Assembly (NCBI GenBank): GCA_038131935.1
Contig: JAYPQH010000022.1
Location: 1 to 64,000, forward strand
Source of the DNA: Alphaproteobacteria bacterium
GTDB taxonomy: Bacteria > Pseudomonadota > Alphaproteobacteria > UBA8317
Reading direction: 5' to 3'
DNA: 64,000 nucleotides
How positions within the stretch are numbered: position 1 is the stretch's first letter; each line of letters starts with the position of its first letter. A program made the position numbers and the translations under genes. The notes beneath the pieces are model-generated. The model did not search any database and was not told where the DNA came from. It was given only the letters and a program-made list of their open reading frames with translations. Of this stretch, positions 1 through 10,039 are shown one piece after another.

Positions 1-3000
1 GCCGCTGGAAAGTATGATGCAGTGCCTGGTCTCATATCTCTGTGTAATGTGTCATTGGCAGTAGGTCGTGTACAGGACATGCCCTGGATAGTGCAGAATA
101 CATTCTCTGGCTTTTGAAGATAGGGTCAGCTTGGGATTTGTTTTACCATACTTTCAAGATGTGACATCTTCTGCCAACATGCTCATTACTGATTTGGTCC
201 TCAAACGCCTCGCTCTTCGGCGGGAGGTCAACAGTGATCATGCTCATATCCTGATGTTCGTACTTCCAGACGGCGTGACTGCAGCTTTGCTCACGAAATG
301 TGATACATGTCGAGCCAATGTCACGGGCAGCGTTATGGTCGGTAATAGAACAGTCCACACAGCGATGAGCGGATCTCTTTATCTCAATGGAATTCTTCTC
401 CGTTCGTTTACATTGTGGTTTCCGATAATACGGTTGTCGTGGATAGCGGTCTTCTTCAGTCTCGTGATCCAGGCACTCAATGTCACCCTTTGAATTGCGA
501 GCAGTTTGGATTTCAGCAGCGTTGAGTAATGTCTGGCACATTGCTCAATTCAATCGCTTCATGCGCTTGAGCTGGGGAAGGCCGTGACAGAGCATACCAC
601 CATGGTCCTTCTGCCCATACGGAGTTAACAGCTGTCCTTGCGAGTGTTGTAGGTGATGAGATACCTTGGTGATAAAGACATTAGTTTGGCGTAAATATGG
701 CGTTTAAGACACCAGCCTCAGATGAGTGTCTGACCGTCCCATTCGCACACTGCTCCTTGTTGTAGCTCTAAAGACGAGGCAGAGTTATGAGGGTCTGCGA
801 TATAGGCTTAGAATTGGTCACGCATTAACGAGATCACATACTCTGTTGTAGACGCAGCAAATGGCTGATGCCGTTGGCAATGCTGGCTGAGGTTTTAGCA
901 TGCCAAAACAGAATTGAAAGACATGTGTTATGGTAACATAACGCAGTCGGTATATTGCTTATGTTGACGTTTTCTGGGATAGCCCTCTTCTTTTGCCGTT
1001 ACATTAAGAATGCTCTGCCAAGCATCTGTTCGTTCTGATCGCCGAATACGCCAATACATAAATAGATGAATTATAGCTTTGCACAATAGCGAATGTGCTC
1101 GCGCCAATTTGGGCAAAATGCAGATCGACCCATATCGCCGCATACATCTGCGTACCACCTGAACACTCTCAGCCCAGGCACCATCGGCGGTCATCGGTTC
1201 GTCATCTGCGATTTGGCATAAGCAAAGGGCAAAGTTCTCGCGGAAACACGGTCATGCGAGTTCTTCGCGCCAGCAAACATGCTTCGACATAGCCTTGCTT
1301 GAACGGTTGAAGTAAGTGTTAAGATCATTAACCGAGAAGAATGATCATGACTCAGCCGCTGGCTTCTCCACCAGCGCCTGCGGTCCACCCAGCTTTTCAT
1401 GCCGAACGGCGCTGCGGAGTCGTTAATCATTACTTCGCCCAGGCTCAATAGCCTCGAGAGTCATGGCTTCAGGTACTGTATCGATCTGAACCGGTTTGAT
1501 AATCATCATTGGGTAAGACAACTGAACCATCGATATCTGTATTTTTGCAAAACTTCTCTAGTGCAAAACACGGCCTGAATTTCACTGCCCCAGACTTGCG
1601 TAGTGCAATGTTCAAAATCTTGCTTCAAATAACATAAGGGCAGGTCGATCTGTTAGCTAGGCTTGAGCTGATTTGTAATAATGTTTGTCTAGTGCATGCT
1701 ACTGCTTTATACGCCGCTGCTCGCCCATACCAAATTGAAATAGCATTACTGCCAGCCCTTCTGATGTCGAGCCAGTTCCAATTCGTCAGACATGGCACCA
1801 TGTTCGATAAGATTTAGCGATCATACACTGACATCCACGATTTGCGACATGGTCTTGTGCGCTTGTTCGACAACATCGTATTTATTGCCGACGGTCTTTG
1901 CTTGACCGTCAATAGATTGGGGTTGAATTTATCAGCATCTCAGCCCCGCCGCGCAATGATCTGTGAAGCCACTCCCGAATCGAGAGATCTAGATAGCCAC
2001 GGTGACATGTGTACTGCGATCTGCAGCTTGGGATAGAAGCAGTCCGAAAACTCCTTCACTTCAATTGTCATGCGATATCGCTGCGAAGATGGCCTGGTCC
2101 AACAGTCTTGCAATGCCAAATCAAACAGGTTTCCAGCTTGCCGTTACATCAACATTGATCAGCGTTTGGAATTTTCTTTCCACGTTTGCAAATTCATGAT
2201 GGTTCAGTTATGCCATTGGCCAATACATCAGTTTTTGCCATACCTGATGACCCAAACATAGCTGTTGAGCAAGCCTTGTCTCCTTTCGTGGTTACTCCTG
2301 ATCTTATTGGGATCTATTGTCTGGAGAGATTTTGCAGCCAGCGGTTCAATTACCTGTGTTTGATAAGTGAGCGCACTGCAAAGATCAGAACATATTCTGA
2401 ATGACTGGTTATTTACAGCCTGTTTCCTTAATTTGTTCCGAGGTTGAATCTCGCACTTAAAAGGTGTTCGCCTGGTGCAAATGTAGCTTGCAGTTTGGCT
2501 TGCCAGCACAAAATTCGAGCGAATTTCCATCGACAACAGGCCCTCTCTTCGTTTAGCCCAGCGATGAAGCCGATCGGCAAGGCGGGATCCTCGCGTACCT
2601 GAATAGTCTCACAGATATATTTGTTGTTTGTCTCGTAATGTGATCAGGACCAAATTCAACGATGATGGGTATTGTTTGCGGATAAAAAGAAGAGGCCAGT
2701 GTTTGCTCCCCTCGGGGTGACCATTTAGCTGGCATTTTGCTTGAGTTGCAGATGAAGCCTATATCCTTTGGTACAATTTATCGCAAGGTGCTATGGAAAT
2801 GATGAGGCACGACCATGATGAACCGTGAAGTCTTGTGTTGCCGCAGGGTATAAGAACCATGACGAATCCCAGCATACGCACGCATAGAGCATGTTGTGCC
2901 AAATGATCTGAGGAGCACCAAAGCAGTGGGATCGCACCTTCCCATCATGCGTCCTGACTCAGTGACATCATGACGCCGCAGCGAGAAATAAGTATCCATA

Positions 3001-4996
3001 CCATTTAGTAAAGTTAGTCTCACAGGCAGTGAATTCAAACCTCAAAATGTGGAACGGTATAGCGAGCGGATGGATCATCTGCCATGGATTCAAAGACACG
3101 TTGCTGGCACCTAAAATTCGGCAGTTAGTATGTTGCCCTTGAGCCATTTCTCACCATAGTATCGCGCAGCCCTCACCGCGTGACCACCGATAGCGTTACG
3201 TCGCAAAGATAATTTTGCCGCTGCCCTTCGTTTTTGACAGCAGCGCCAAGGAAATGGACAAGGCTTCGGTTTCACCACAAGGCGTCAGCAGATGCCAATG
3301 TTTAGCCGACTCCGGCAATTCTTCGTTGCTCATCAGACTAGCAGCCGGCGTTTGTTGCCCATTTAGGCCTACAAATCGTATGTTTACTCTTTCATTTGAA
3401 TGACGCTTTCATTGTATTAGCACAGATGGAAAGTGTAAAATACTCCTCCAGGGACAAGCATAACAAACGACACTGTTCGTGACAAAGCTTCATCGTTTAT
3501 TCAGCACGATTTGAGAAGCTTTGATAAGTGCTTTTCCGTCCAGGTGGCCAGCTAATCGTACTGGGGCAAGGCGGGTGATGAGGCGATAGCAGGTCTTTCA
3601 CATGGAATGATCCGAAATGCCCAAAGCCCACGGGTTATTCGGTAACAACTTACAGTAGTAATGTTCAGGATGGGCAGCTCGCGTTCGAAGAGCTCGAAGG
3701 GTTTGCATACTTGGGGAAGCCATAGCCAATCTACCGGGGAAAATTGCCCGCCACAGTATCAGCTTAAAACTTTGTATCAAAATATTTAAAATATTGATTA
3801 ATAACTATTGTACTGTGTCAATTGTCCCATATTAATGCGCCAAAGTCTTTAGTATTCAGCCCTGTCTTAAGAAGATCATCTGAGCAATACGGTTGTTGTT
3901 CGAGCATTCACAGTAAAATAAGCCTTACTCGTAATCATCAGTAATACAAGCTCATCATTTCTTTATCTAGAGCGACGTATGATGGTCCGATATGCAGGAA
4001 GCTATTTGTGTTTGCCTTTTGCCATGTTGTACAGATTCCAGGAACGTCTTTTGATCCTGAACTTTGTCAATGGCAGCAACAAAGACGTGATATGATTGCT
4101 GAAAGTCTGCCAATCCGCTCTATCATGCTGAGCATTTTAAAACGTCTTGCGCTGAGCAACGATCATTTTGGCCTGAGCGACGTTTCCCAATTCGTTATTG
4201 GTGACTAAAAACGCCTGGTGCCTGCCATATTCAGCCATCACATGTGACACAGATAACCAGCCTGACGTGAAACAATTCCAGTTCGACAAGCAGGTTCGAA
4301 TGACTGTGGCAAGATATTACCCAAAATCCGAGCAGAGCACTCGCTATATACAGTGCCGGCTTCCGTCATGGCCTTTATTCATGCTTTCTTGCCTTCATGA
4401 TACTGATCGCCCACAGCCAGCACTGCGAAAGTTTTATCTGCTCTGCCTCCTGCCAATAAGCGTCGGATGCAGTGGATGATGCAACATGGTAAAGAAAATT
4501 TGCACAACAAAACTGTTGGCTGCGGATGCTAAAGCTTCATACGTTACAGAATCCAACATCGCATCCAGCGTCATCTCGAAATACATCACAATAGCCAACA
4601 GACTTGTTCAAAGTGGTTTTGCTCCAACAAACTGGGTTTTCCGATGGGAAAGAGACTAGCTCATTTGTTAGAACAGACAGAAAGAGCTCCCAAAGCAACT
4701 TTGCCTGGTTGTGAAAAACTCATCGAAGATGATGCTGGCCAATGTACAGAGTATTTCCTTCCAGTGGGAAGCCGCATTCGGATATCCGCCATCAGCGTAA
4801 CCTGAGAATAATTATCCGAAGCCAGGTTACGGAAGATCACTGTTAGAACAGCGATAAGTCATGCAGTTGAGGAGCAAGAAGGTTTCGCCGGGCTTTCTCA
4901 GATGGTCGTAGCCTCGCAGCATCGATCCAGAAAGTCGGGCGAGAGTTGTGGAACAGTTCCTGCGACATCGTCTTAACAAGCGGTGTCGAAATGCAG
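1..4996. repeat. Highly degraded inverted copy of ~5255-11728 (probable long-read fold-back/chimera artefact)
   Basis: Exact reverse-complement anchors: 2301-2323 = rc(8645-8667) and 3781-3809 = rc(6737-6765). ORF 4008..4208 (FAFCHVVQ..PGT.FD.EL.QWQQQRRDMIA) mirrors 6226..6549. The copy is collinear throughout but roughly a fifth to a quarter shorter through many small deletions, with no intact genes. Confidence 0.92.
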
Positions 4997-6039
4997 TACA
5001 ATAAAAGCTCCTTTCTTTTAGAAAAATGATTGTCATTGCAGCAAGGAGATCTTGTAATCAGAACATGCAGGAGCATGCCTTCAGGCAGATCATGAGAACT
5101 TCCTATATTGGAAAGCTCTGAGCCAAGTGCACCCGTAACTGTGCTTTGTGTTATTCTATTCATGGCTTGATCTGACGGCCTTGAAGACGTGTAACTTGCT
5201 CCCCCCGCATAACTTACCAATTGATCAGCCAACATAATGGGCTTGATAAGAAGGCCTGCGGTTTCAACGGCCGCTTGACCAAGACGGCCGAGCAATCGCA
5301 AAGGCAAGGACGCTGTTCCCAACCTACTCGCTTGACTTTCTGGATCGATAGCGAATCCAGCTAGGGTAAAGCTACGACCATCTGAGAAAGCCAACTGATC
5401 AAACTGCAACCGAAAACCTTCTTGCTCCTCAACCACATGGCCTGTCAGCGTCGCTGGTCCTAGCAAGTGATCTTCTACCCGTAGCACAACCGGATAATTA
5501 TTCTCAGGTTGCACTTGATGAGCGAGATATCCCTGAATGCGGCTTCCCACTGGAAGGGAAATGCTCTGTACATTTGGCCCAACATCATCAATCCAACTGG
5601 TAGGTTTTTCTAATAGTAAAAGTTTAGCTTTGGGATGCTCTGTCTGTTCTAACAAATCAGAGCTAGGTATCTTTCCCATCGGAAAACCACGGATTTTTTG
5701 TTGGAAAAACCCACCTTTTGGGTCGTGTGATTTTGGCCCTGGTTGTGATAGCATTTCGGATGACGCTTGGGATGCTGATGTTGGATACAAACCAGCATGA
5801 AAGCTTTGCTTTTTATCCACAGCCAGAAGTTTTTGTTGTGCAAATTTTTCTTGCCATGTTGCATCATCCACTGCATCCGTTTGCTTATTGGCAGGAGGTA
5901 AGGGCAAATAAAAACTTTCCTTAGGTTTTTCGGCCCATAATGGCTGCAATACATAAAATGCTGAGGCGATCAGAATCATGAAAAACAAAAGCATGAATAA
6001 AAGGCCATGACGAAGCCAGCGCAACATATATCTGTTCAT
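4843..6039 (-). CDS. DotG/IcmE/TraO (VirB10/TrbI-like) type IV secretion core protein; residues encoded below ~4996 are chimeric
   Basis: ATG at 6039 (MNRYMLRW), single N-terminal TM, Pro/Gln-rich linker, C-terminal beta domain with G..I.G.L...V, F(A)IDP and terminal G..LHVLIT resembling the IcmE/TraO C-terminus. Confidence 0.65.
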   Translation of the reverse strand: MNRYMLRWLRHGLLFMLLFFMILIASAFYVLQPLWAEKPKESFYLPLPPANKQTDAVDDATWQEKFAQQKLLAVDKKQSFHAGLYPTSASQASSEMLSQPGPKSHDPKGGFFQQKIRGFPMGKIPSSDLLEQTEHPKAKLLLLEKPTSWIDDVGPNVQSISLPVGSRIQGYLAHQVQPENNYPVVLRVEDHLLGPATLTGHVVEEQEGFRLQFDQLAFSDGRSFTLAGFAIDPESQASRLGTASLPLRLLGRLGQAAVETAGLLIKPIMLADQLVSYAGGASYTSSRPSDQAMNRITQSTVTGALGSELSNIGSSHDLPEGMLLHVLITRSPCCNDNHFSKRKELLLYCISTPLVKTMSQELFHNSRPTFWIDAARLRPSEKARRNLLAPQLHDLSLF

Positions 6040-6052
6040 GAGGATGTTCTCT

Positions 6053-6549
6053 TCAGTTTTTGAGATTGATATCTTGCAATTCAACCAGGCTATGAGCCTG
6101 CTTGTCAGAACTAGATAGGTTGATGAGCCATGGGTCACGTCCTGGTAAATGAACAACAATATCTGTGGTCACGTAATCTGAGAGTGGCTGAATGCTGATA
6201 GCGCCCTCTGTTTGGGCACCCGATGTCACATGAAGGCGTTTTGGATCACCAATAATAATAGATTGGGGAAACAGTCGCTCACCATTTTTGGTAAAAATGA
6301 TCGTTGTAAGCCGTCCCTGTGCAAAGAAATATGAGTCGGAAATGCTGATCTTTTAACAACAAGACGTTTTAAAATATCAACATGATAGGCGGATTGGCGA
6401 ACTTTTTCTAAAGCAATCATATCACGTCTTTGTTGCTGCCATTGATAAAGTTCAGAATCAAAAGGCGTTCCTGGAATCACACGCACCTCTGCTTGAACAA
6501 CATGGCAAAAGGCAAACACAAGTAAGCCACTGCATATCCGGACCATCAT
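6053..6549 (-). pseudogene. DotH/IcmK/TraN-like exported protein, split by one frameshift at ~6309 (probably a sequencing indel)
   Basis: ORF 6226..6549 has a signal peptide and GAGGA RBS. Shifting frame after ISLHRDG gives TTIIFTKNGERLFPQSIIIGDPKRLHV...ISIQPLSDYVTTDIVVHLPGRDPWLINL...KN* (TGA 6053-6055), matching the IcmK pattern and ending just upstream of the DotG-like ATG at 6039. Confidence 0.6.
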
Positions 6550-6618
6550 ACGTCGCTCCTCAAGATAAAAAGTAATGAGCTTATTATTGCTGATGGTTAC
6601 GAATAAGGCTTATTTTGC

Positions 6619-6857
6619 TGTGGATAACTCTGTGAACAACAACCAGTATTGTAGATGATCTTCTTAAGATAGGGCTTGGGAATACTATAAGACTTTGGCG
6701 CATTAAGTATTATAAAGGGACAATTGTTTTAATTTTAATAGTTATTAATCAATATTTTAAATATTTTTTTATTTTTTAAAAGTTTTAAGCTGATCAAAAA
6801 ATTACATGTGGCAGACAATTTTTACAAATAATTAGCTTCCCAAAATATTGTGGGTAA
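6619..6857. promoter_or_regulatory. Divergent AT-rich intergenic region with DnaA-box motifs
   Basis: TGTGGATAA 6619-6627 (perfect), TGTGAACAA 6631-6639 and TGTGGGTAA 6849-6857 (near-consensus), flanking an almost pure A/T tract ~6722-6790. Confidence 0.5.
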
Positions 6858-6931
6858 CCCACCAACTTCCCCCCAAACATGCAAAACCCTTCGAACTCTT
6901 CAGGCCTTGAAGCGATCTACCATCCTGAGCA

Positions 6932-7723
6932 TTGTTACCTGTAAGGATTGTTACCATGGAATACCAACCCATTGAGGCTAGGCATGATCTGACACCCCTC
7001 CTTTGGGGATGCGTACATGGACTGGAAGACCTTTTCTTGTCACCTCATCACCCACCCAAAACAAAACCCAGTACAGTTAACTGGCCACACAAGTGGACGG
7101 AAGAAACTTATCAAAAGCTTCTCAAATCATTGCTGGGTCAAACTGATATGAGAGCCTTGTCACGAATGGGGTACTCAGACGGTGTGCGCCCAATCCCATC
7201 GATTTTTGGAGGAGGTATTTTACGCTTCCATGCATGCTTAATACGGCATGGAAGCGTCATTCGTGAAGAATTAAGCATACGATTTTGTAAATTTCATGGG
7301 CAAACCTTGGCTGCTAGATCTGATGAGCAACGGATAATTGTAGGTGCCACCGGGTCAGGTAAAACGACATTAATGGTAGGAAGGCTTCATGCTGCTATTC
7401 AAAAAAATACACGTGTACTGCTTGTCGAGGATGAGCCAGAAATAGAATTGATGCTTGGTCAACTCATACCAGTGGCGCCCTTTGTCAAAAACAAAATAGA
7501 GGACATGGCCTTAAGTATCTTGCGACGGCGGCCAGATATAATTGCTATCGGTGAGATACGCAGTGAGGAACTTGCGCGATTTGCTGTCAATTTGCTTCAA
7601 ACAGGTCATGGTGTTCTTGCTAGTATGCACGCGGGAAGCCGTCATGAAGCTCAAGAACGCTTATATTTGCTTACCGGATTTAAGGTTGCCAACAGCGTTA
7701 TCTTTGAATCCATAAGCAGATGA
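6932..7723 (+). CDS. Short secretion-system ATPase (VirB11/DotB/TraJ/PilT superfamily)
   Basis: Walker A GATGSGKTT, Asp box VEDEPE, Walker B RPDIIAIGEIR, His box TGHGVLASMHA; possible ATG start at 6956. Confidence 0.85.
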   Translation: MLPVRIVTMEYQPIEARHDLTPLLWGCVHGLEDLFLSPHHPPKTKPSTVNWPHKWTEETYQKLLKSLLGQTDMRALSRMGYSDGVRPIPSIFGGGILRFHACLIRHGSVIREELSIRFCKFHGQTLAARSDEQRIIVGATGSGKTTLMVGRLHAAIQKNTRVLLVEDEPEIELMLGQLIPVAPFVKNKIEDMALSILRRRPDIIAIGEIRSEELARFAVNLLQTGHGVLASMHAGSRHEAQERLYLLTGFKVANSVIFESISR

Positions 7724-8007
7724 TCCATCCAACCGCTCCTTCTATACCGTTCCATTTTACATTTTGGGGTTTGGATCCTGCCTGTTGGGTTCTTGCCTTC
7801 ATGGGATTATGGATACCCGATTGGTTGGGACGACTTTGTCAGGTTTTTTTTCTCACTGCGATCATGATGTCACTGCTTGGTCAAGGACGCATGATGAGAG
7901 GGTTAAAACTTTTGATCCCGCAAAACTTTGGTGCCCTTCAGGATCATTTGGCACAACGTAAATGTCTCTATCTTGATCACATTATTCTTAAGGATTCTAC
8001 GTCATGA
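7720..8007 (+). CDS. Small membrane protein, possibly IcmT/TraK-like
   Basis: 95 aa, hydrophobic core after FWGLD, basic tail, ATGA overlaps on both sides; position after the ATPase mirrors traJ-traK. Confidence 0.45.
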   Translation: MIHPTAPSIPFHFTFWGLDPACWVLAFMGLWIPDWLGRLCQVFFLTAIMMSLLGQGRMMRGLKLLIPQNFGALQDHLAQRKCLYLDHIILKDSTS

Positions 8008-8574
8008 TACATGGCCTCATCTTATCAATGGTTCTTATACCCCTCACGGCAACTGCTGCAGACTTCACGGTTCATCATGGTCGTGCCTCATCATTTCCAC
8101 TTAGCCTTGCGGCAAAAAACCTTGTACCAAAGGATATAAAACTTCATCTGCAACTCAAGCAAAATGCCAACAAATTGGTCACCTACGAGGGGGGCAAACC
8201 TTGGCCTCTTCTTTTGTTGAACATCACCAAAACATTACCCATCATCGTTGAATTTGGTCCTGATACTGTCACATTGCGAGATATCAGCGACAAGCCAAAA
8301 GAACATAAAGATCATATTGAGAACCTATTCAAAGGTTACACGAGGATCCACCTTATACGATCAACTTCATCACTGGGCTAAGCGAGAAGACTGGACGATA
8401 GAATGGAACGGTAATTGGGATTACCCTATTTTGTCCGATGCGGAATTCAGCTCAGATTTTGTGCTGGCAAGCCAAAAACTCTTAGAAGCATTTGCACAAG
8501 CGGAGCCACCTTTAAGTGCAAAGATTTATCCTCAGAGCAAAATTATAAAAGTAGATATAAATGCCAATCGTTAG
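8004..8574 (+). pseudogene. PilL/TcpQ-domain type IVb pilus protein, split by a frameshift at ~8332
   Basis: 8004..8381 (signal peptide, PLSLA..LVP, Y.GGKPW) joins 8248..8574 (G.TL...L..WA....W...W....DYPI...A.F...F..A...L...F), a TcpQ-like domain; one extra A in TTCAAAGG explains the shift. Confidence 0.7.
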
Positions 8575-10033
8575 AATATGGTTTCTGATCTTTTGCAGTG
8601 CATGCACCTATCAAACAGATAGTGAGCCGCTGAGCAAAATCTCTCAGACAATAGATCCCAATAAGATCCAGGAAGCTCTCCAACAGCCACAAGAAAAAGG
8701 AGACAAGGCTATTCAAATTTCTCAACAACAATATTTGGGTCATCAAGGTTTTAGCACAACGCATAATGATAACGGTATCCTAAAAAGCAATGTATTGGCC
8801 AATAGCTTAGGCCTTGGCTGGACCATCATGGATTTTGCACAAGCATTAGAAGAAAATTCCAAACGCCCAGTCAGTGTTGATGTAGCAGCAAGAAAGAGAA
8901 CACAAACCTATAATTTTGATTACAAAGGCAGCCTTAAGGGACTATTGGACCAGGCATCTTCACGCTTTGATATCACATGGCAATTGAGTGAAGGAGGCAT
9001 CATCCTCCACGGACTTGAAACAGAGAATTTTTCTATCCCAAGTTTTGCAGGTCAGCTCACCCGAAGTACACATGTCACCGCCGGTGTTGGTAGGGGGCAA
9101 CATGCAGAAACACAACGTGCTCTTCAAGATCTCTCGGTTCTTGATCCTTGGGGTGAGTTGACTTCACAAGTCATTGCTTTGGCAGGGGAGGATAGCAAAG
9201 TAAATTCCAGCCCCAGTCTGGGTTTGTTGACAGTCCAAGCAAGACCGTCGGCAATAAAACGCATACGACATGTTGTCGAACAAACTTTAAAGACCATGTC
9301 CACCCAAATCATGATGGATGTCGAAGTGTATGATCTTCATCTATCAGAACATAGTGCCATGTCTGTTAATTTGGAACTTGAAGCTTTGTTCCCCACCGCG
9401 TCATTTTCATCTCAGGGCTTGGCAGGGGTTAATGTGCCTAACCTCAATTTGGGCATGGGCGTGATGCAAGGCGCTCTCAAAGGTACCAAAGCCATGCTTG
9501 CTCTACTAGGCAAACACGGTAGCTTACAAATGCAACAAAAAGCTCGCCTAACAACTGTTTCAGGTCGACCTGCCCCTTTGCATGTTGGCCGAGAGGTAAG
9601 TTTTGTAGAGCAGTTGCGCCGCGGGGTGGAAGGTGACGGCGTCACAAGGTTTAGTGAAATTCAAGCCGGCAAAATCATGACTGGTTTTGCACTAGAAATT
9701 TTACCAAAAATTTTACGAGATTATCGATTGATGGTTCAGGTTGATGCCCAACTCACAGAACTACTTAATATTAGTGATTATCAAACCGGTTCAGATTCGA
9801 TACAATTACCTGAAATTGCCACCCGACATATTCTCGAAACTGTTATCATCAAGCCTGGGCAAAGTATGGTGGTTGCAGGCTTCCAGCAGCGCCGTTCCGA
9901 GCATAGAAAACAAGGCCCAGGATGGCACGAATTGTTTATGTTGCCAGGTGGAAGCCAGCAGCGGAGTCATGATCACATTCTCTCAGTTGTGATCTTAACA
10001 CCCTACCTTCAACCATTCAAAAACAAAATATAA
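8561..10033 (+). CDS. pilN: Type IVb pilus outer-membrane secretin lipoprotein (PilN/BfpB family)
   Basis: Lipobox-like FCSAC, N-domain G.L..LLD....FD..W, secretin motifs LTT.SG.PAPL.V, GF.L.ILP, G.S.VVAGF. Confidence 0.85.
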   Translation: MPIVRIWFLIFCSACTYQTDSEPLSKISQTIDPNKIQEALQQPQEKGDKAIQISQQQYLGHQGFSTTHNDNGILKSNVLANSLGLGWTIMDFAQALEENSKRPVSVDVAARKRTQTYNFDYKGSLKGLLDQASSRFDITWQLSEGGIILHGLETENFSIPSFAGQLTRSTHVTAGVGRGQHAETQRALQDLSVLDPWGELTSQVIALAGEDSKVNSSPSLGLLTVQARPSAIKRIRHVVEQTLKTMSTQIMMDVEVYDLHLSEHSAMSVNLELEALFPTASFSSQGLAGVNVPNLNLGMGVMQGALKGTKAMLALLGKHGSLQMQQKARLTTVSGRPAPLHVGREVSFVEQLRRGVEGDGVTRFSEIQAGKIMTGFALEILPKILRDYRLMVQVDAQLTELLNISDYQTGSDSIQLPEIATRHILETVIIKPGQSMVVAGFQQRRSEHRKQGPGWHELFMLPGGSQQRSHDHILSVVILTPYLQPFKNKI

Positions 10034-10039
10034 TCAAGC

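Noticed and set aside
131-5036. About 20 short ORFs, some with pilus-like fragments (e.g. 143..541, 2228..2536, 2553..2735, 4008..4208)
   Set aside because: They are scrambled pieces of the inverted copy of 5255-11728, not independent genes or a second pilus locus.
5813-5821. Perfect DnaA box TTATCCACA inside the DotG-like gene
   Set aside because: Isolated 9-mer in coding sequence ~800 bp from the cluster; chance occurrence cannot be excluded.
6695-6722. GGCGCATTAAGTATTATAAAGG resembling a dif site
   Set aside because: The XerD arm (TTATGTTAAAT-like) is not matched and the spacing is off.
6729-6788. Multiple TTAA half-sites suggesting CtrA boxes
   Set aside because: Spacings between neighbouring TTAA are 2, 6, 8, 15 and 5 nt, none the TTAA-N7-TTAA consensus; expected by chance in an A/T tract.
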